From assembly GCA_964016885.1 (NCBI GenBank), contig CAXHJY010001069.1, positions 16,801 to 80,800 of the forward strand: a stretch of 64,000 nucleotides of DNA, in the 5' to 3' direction. Below the pieces are notes generated by a model. That model was not told the DNA's origin, did no database searches, and saw only the letters and a program-made list of their open reading frames with translations. Position numbers and translations under genes: made by a program. This document shows positions 60,521 through 64,000 of the stretch, piece by piece. Within the stretch, counting starts at the first letter, position 1. The number at the start of each line of letters is the position of its first letter. This DNA comes from Eledone cirrhosa. Taxonomy: Eukaryota.

Positions 60521-61158
60521 GTGTATATATATATATATTTAGAGTTATTTAAAGTTATGAATTAAAAAGGCATAACTTGCTTGTAGCTGCTTTGTTATTT
60601 CCGAGTGTGGAATGAACGGTTTCGACCTAAATTAACCGAAACCATGGTGAATTCCTGAGGTTGACTCTGTTCTGTAACGTCAGCCATATTTTTCTGCTCT
60701 TTACTTTCTCTATCTTTCCTCCTCCTCTTCTCTCTCTCTCTCTCTCTCTGTTACTCTTTTTATTTATTTTTATTTCTCCTCTCTCTACCGCTCTTTCTAT
60801 TTTCTTCTCTTTCTATCCTCCACTCTCTCTTTATCTCTTTCCTCCCCTCTCTCTATCTTTCTTTCTTTTCCTCTCTATTTATCTAGATATATCTATGTTT
60901 CTCGTTATTCCAGCCCCTCTCTCCATCATTATATCGTCCTTTCTCTCCTCTGGTCCTCTCCCCCTCCCCTTCTCTCCCCTTCTCGTGGCCACCCTCGACC
61001 CACGTCTCACCACTCCCCCCTCTCTCACCACCCCCTCTCTTCCCCTTCTCTCACCCCCCTCTCTACTCTTATGCCAGATCCACTTTAGTTCCAACTCAGA
61101 TGCTCCGAGTTGAGATATCAATGTCTGGCTGGATGGTTTTTCCGCTTTTGGCACGTCA

Positions 61159-61204
<46 letters not shown>

Positions 61205-61490
61205 GAGGAGGTGTGTGTGACCTAGTGGTAAGGGTATTAGACTTACGATCATAATGTCATGGGTTCGATTCTTGGGTTGTGTGTTGTGTTCTTGAGCAGA
61301 ACTCTTCATCTAACGTTGCTCCAGTATACTCAGCTGAAAATAAGTACCAGCAATAGCTGGGGATTTAACCCTGGTATGGACTGGCGTCCTGTCCAAGGGG
61401 AAGTCTTGTTCTTTCAGTCGCTTCACGCCAAGGAAACCAGGATAAGCACTGGCCAAATGAGCCTTCTGGCTTAAGATAGACTTTTAGACT
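61205..61490 (+). mobile_element. tRNA-derived SINE inserted in (CTA)n
   Basis: A and B boxes; central domain shared with 34738-34990 but a different 3' part. Confidence 0.85.
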
Positions 61491-61971
61491 TTAGGCTACT
61501 ACTACTACTACTACTACTACCATGACCACCACCACCAACACCACCACCACCATCACGGCCTTTAACAATAACGTAAACATCTCAAAGCTACCAACACTGG
61601 TCCTCAGACCTTTTAAAATACTTTACACATGTAGGGACCACTGAGGTTTTCTCTGTGGGTGTCAGACTTTTCCAATATTTACATATAAGATATGATATAC
61701 GTGTGGACCCCAAACAAAATTTAGAAACAGAATTCATAAGTGGACGATTCCAAAAATAAATTAGGCTATTATAAAATTGTAGTTGGGGATGGGTGGGGTG
61801 TGTATGTGGGGTTTGTGGGAGCTGGGGGTGGATTGTCGACTTTAATGAATATATAATTAAAGCACCTGCTGAAGAAAGGGTCGATATAATTGATCACGAT
61901 ATCTGTGGCTTTATTCCAATATAAGTCTTGATTAATAATATGAATATTTATCATAATAATTGTTTATGATT

Positions 61972-62295
61972 GAGACACAAAACCAGTGATTTGTGGGGGA
62001 AGGGAAGAGTCAATTAAATCGACCCCAGTACATTACTGGTACTTTAGATTATTGACCTCCGTAAGGATGAAAGGCAAAGTTAACCTCGATGGGATTTGAA
62101 GTCAGAACGTATAGGGCCGTAACTCTGTGCCACCAAGCATGGTGTCCGACGCTCTACCGGTTACTGCCAATCCAAAGCCTTAATATATATCATAATAATA
62201 TTTTCTACTTTAGGCACAAGGCCAGCAATCTTAGCTGAGGGGGCAAAGTCGATTAAATCTACCCCAGTACGTTACTGGTACTTTATTTTATCGAA
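61972..62295 (-). mobile_element. Two Meta-domain-like SINEs (61972-62180 near full; 62200-62295 3' part)
   Basis: Reverse-complement match to the family. Confidence 0.85.
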
Positions 62296-62302
62296 AAAAG
62301 TG

Positions 62303-62338
62303 TCTTAACGTTTCGGACATTAGTCCTTCATCAGAAAA
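62303..62338 (-). ncRNA. Minimal PLE-type hammerhead motif
   Basis: Minus strand tttt-CTGATGA-a-GGAC-taat-GTCC-GAAACGTT-aaga with palindromic AACGTT stem III. Confidence 0.7.
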
Positions 62339-62376
62339 TAAAAAGAGTGGGAAGAGAACGGAACGGAAAAAAATTG

Positions 62377-62432
<56 letters not shown>

Positions 62433-62442
62433 TATATATATA

Positions 62443-62643
62443 TAGGAAAAGAGTCAGGACCACGACGGCAGAGCTCAAGCCGCTTCGATAGTTATTTCTG
62501 GACAGTCCAGATCCAGCTGTCGAAAAGGCTTGAGCTCATCCGTCAGGGTCCCGACTCTTTTCCTATTAGCCACTCTACTACCAAAGTATCGAGTACTCTG
62601 GTCTGTTATGGTCCATCTCGTTCCTTACCACACTTCATTCGTT
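62443..62643 (+). mobile_element. Family C fold-back element, diverged
   Basis: Imperfect arms plus the shared tail. Confidence 0.85.
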
Positions 62644-62670
62644 ATATATATATATATATATATATATATA

Positions 62671-62818
62671 ATCAAGATGTATCTGAGGATCTTGCGATTT
62701 TCAGAGTCAGGTTCGATCATCACATCGATCGTGCCTCGAGCTGGTCGCCAGAGAAACGATTGTAATATGTCCAATAAATTCCATTCGTCGCAACACTGAT
62801 TCTCTTTTTTTTCTGTGA
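62671..62818 (+). mobile_element. Family A copy 2 with hammerhead motif at 62676-62771
   Basis: GATGTAT-CTGAGGA-TCTTGCGATT...GGTCGCCAGA-GAAAC-gatt-GTA-ATATGTC then AATAAA. Confidence 0.8.
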
Positions 62819-63231
62819 TATATATATACATATATATATACATGATATATATATATATATATATGCATGATATATATATATATATGTTAATAATTGTTGA
62901 TGATGTTGTTGTTGTGTAACGTTATGAAAAGCTCTCCGGTATAACAATAAGAACTAAGTTTAATATAGAAGCTTCTAGTCCAACAGATATTAATTTACTG
63001 GTTTTCATTCACTGAGTTTTGCACCTGTTTAGTTCTGAATATAGAATTGTTTTAATCTTATACGGCGGGGGTGTATATATGGCGGGGGTGTATATATGGT
63101 GGGGGTGTATATATGGTAGGGGTGTATATTGTGGTTAGGATGTCGGGAATGTATATACATATATATATACACATATATATGAATGTATATATGTATATAT
63201 ATATATATGCGTATATTTGTGTGTATATATT

Positions 63232-63282
<51 letters not shown>

Positions 63283-63321
63283 ATTTATATGTTTGTATAT
63301 GTATGTATATGTTTGTATATG

Positions 63322-63359
<38 letters not shown>

Positions 63360-63533
63360 CATATATATATATATGTATGTATATTTATATGTTTGTATGT
63401 ATATATATATGTGTGCGTGTGGGGGTGTATGTGTATATACAGACGCGTGCGCGCGAGAATATAAACTGACTGTCAAGCCCTCTTGTATAGTTTTTCATAT
63501 CACTTATAACAGACCATTGAAACGGCTGCTTCT

Positions 63534-63565
<32 letters not shown>

Positions 63566-63597
63566 TCGCTATCTCTCTCTCTCTCTCTCTCTCTCTA

Positions 63598-63658
<61 letters not shown>

Positions 63659-63747
63659 ATGTGTGTGTGTGAGTGTGTACTTTCTATACCATATACTCAT
63701 AACTTGCCACGCGCCCACGTACACCCACTCATTGATTGTTTTATCTA

Positions 63748-63855
<108 letters not shown>

Positions 63856-64000
63856 CGATGCCGCTTAATTGAATAGCTTACATTATAATTGTACAAATTG
63901 CTTAATAACATAATTTTCCAAAACACTTTTCTGTAAAATCTATGTAAATTTTATTGGATAATTGGTGTGAAAATCGCGTTAATTTACCAAAATTCTCAGA

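Overview
Eukaryotic, AT-rich, repeat-dominated DNA. The microsatellite load and SINE families suggest an octopus or other coleoid cephalopod, which is an inference. Nearly all long ORFs in the track are artefacts of simple repeats. The window holds a ~20.7 kb 44/47-bp satellite (7753-28477), LINE remnants, many tRNA-derived SINEs, a few MITE-like elements and several candidate micro-exons. One RTE-like LINE has a 5' inversion. Two observations stand out. First, at least five families of short, mostly (TA)n-flanked elements carry type I hammerhead ribozyme motifs of the kind known from Penelope-like element (PLE) pLTRs. These include copies with a greatly extended stem II and a family converted into fold-back palindromes whose arms co-vary within each copy. 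Second, the satellite monomer is recognisably similar to a candidate 67-bp exon that directly abuts the array, suggesting an exon-born intronic satellite. All folds and alignments were done by eye, and no database searches were run.
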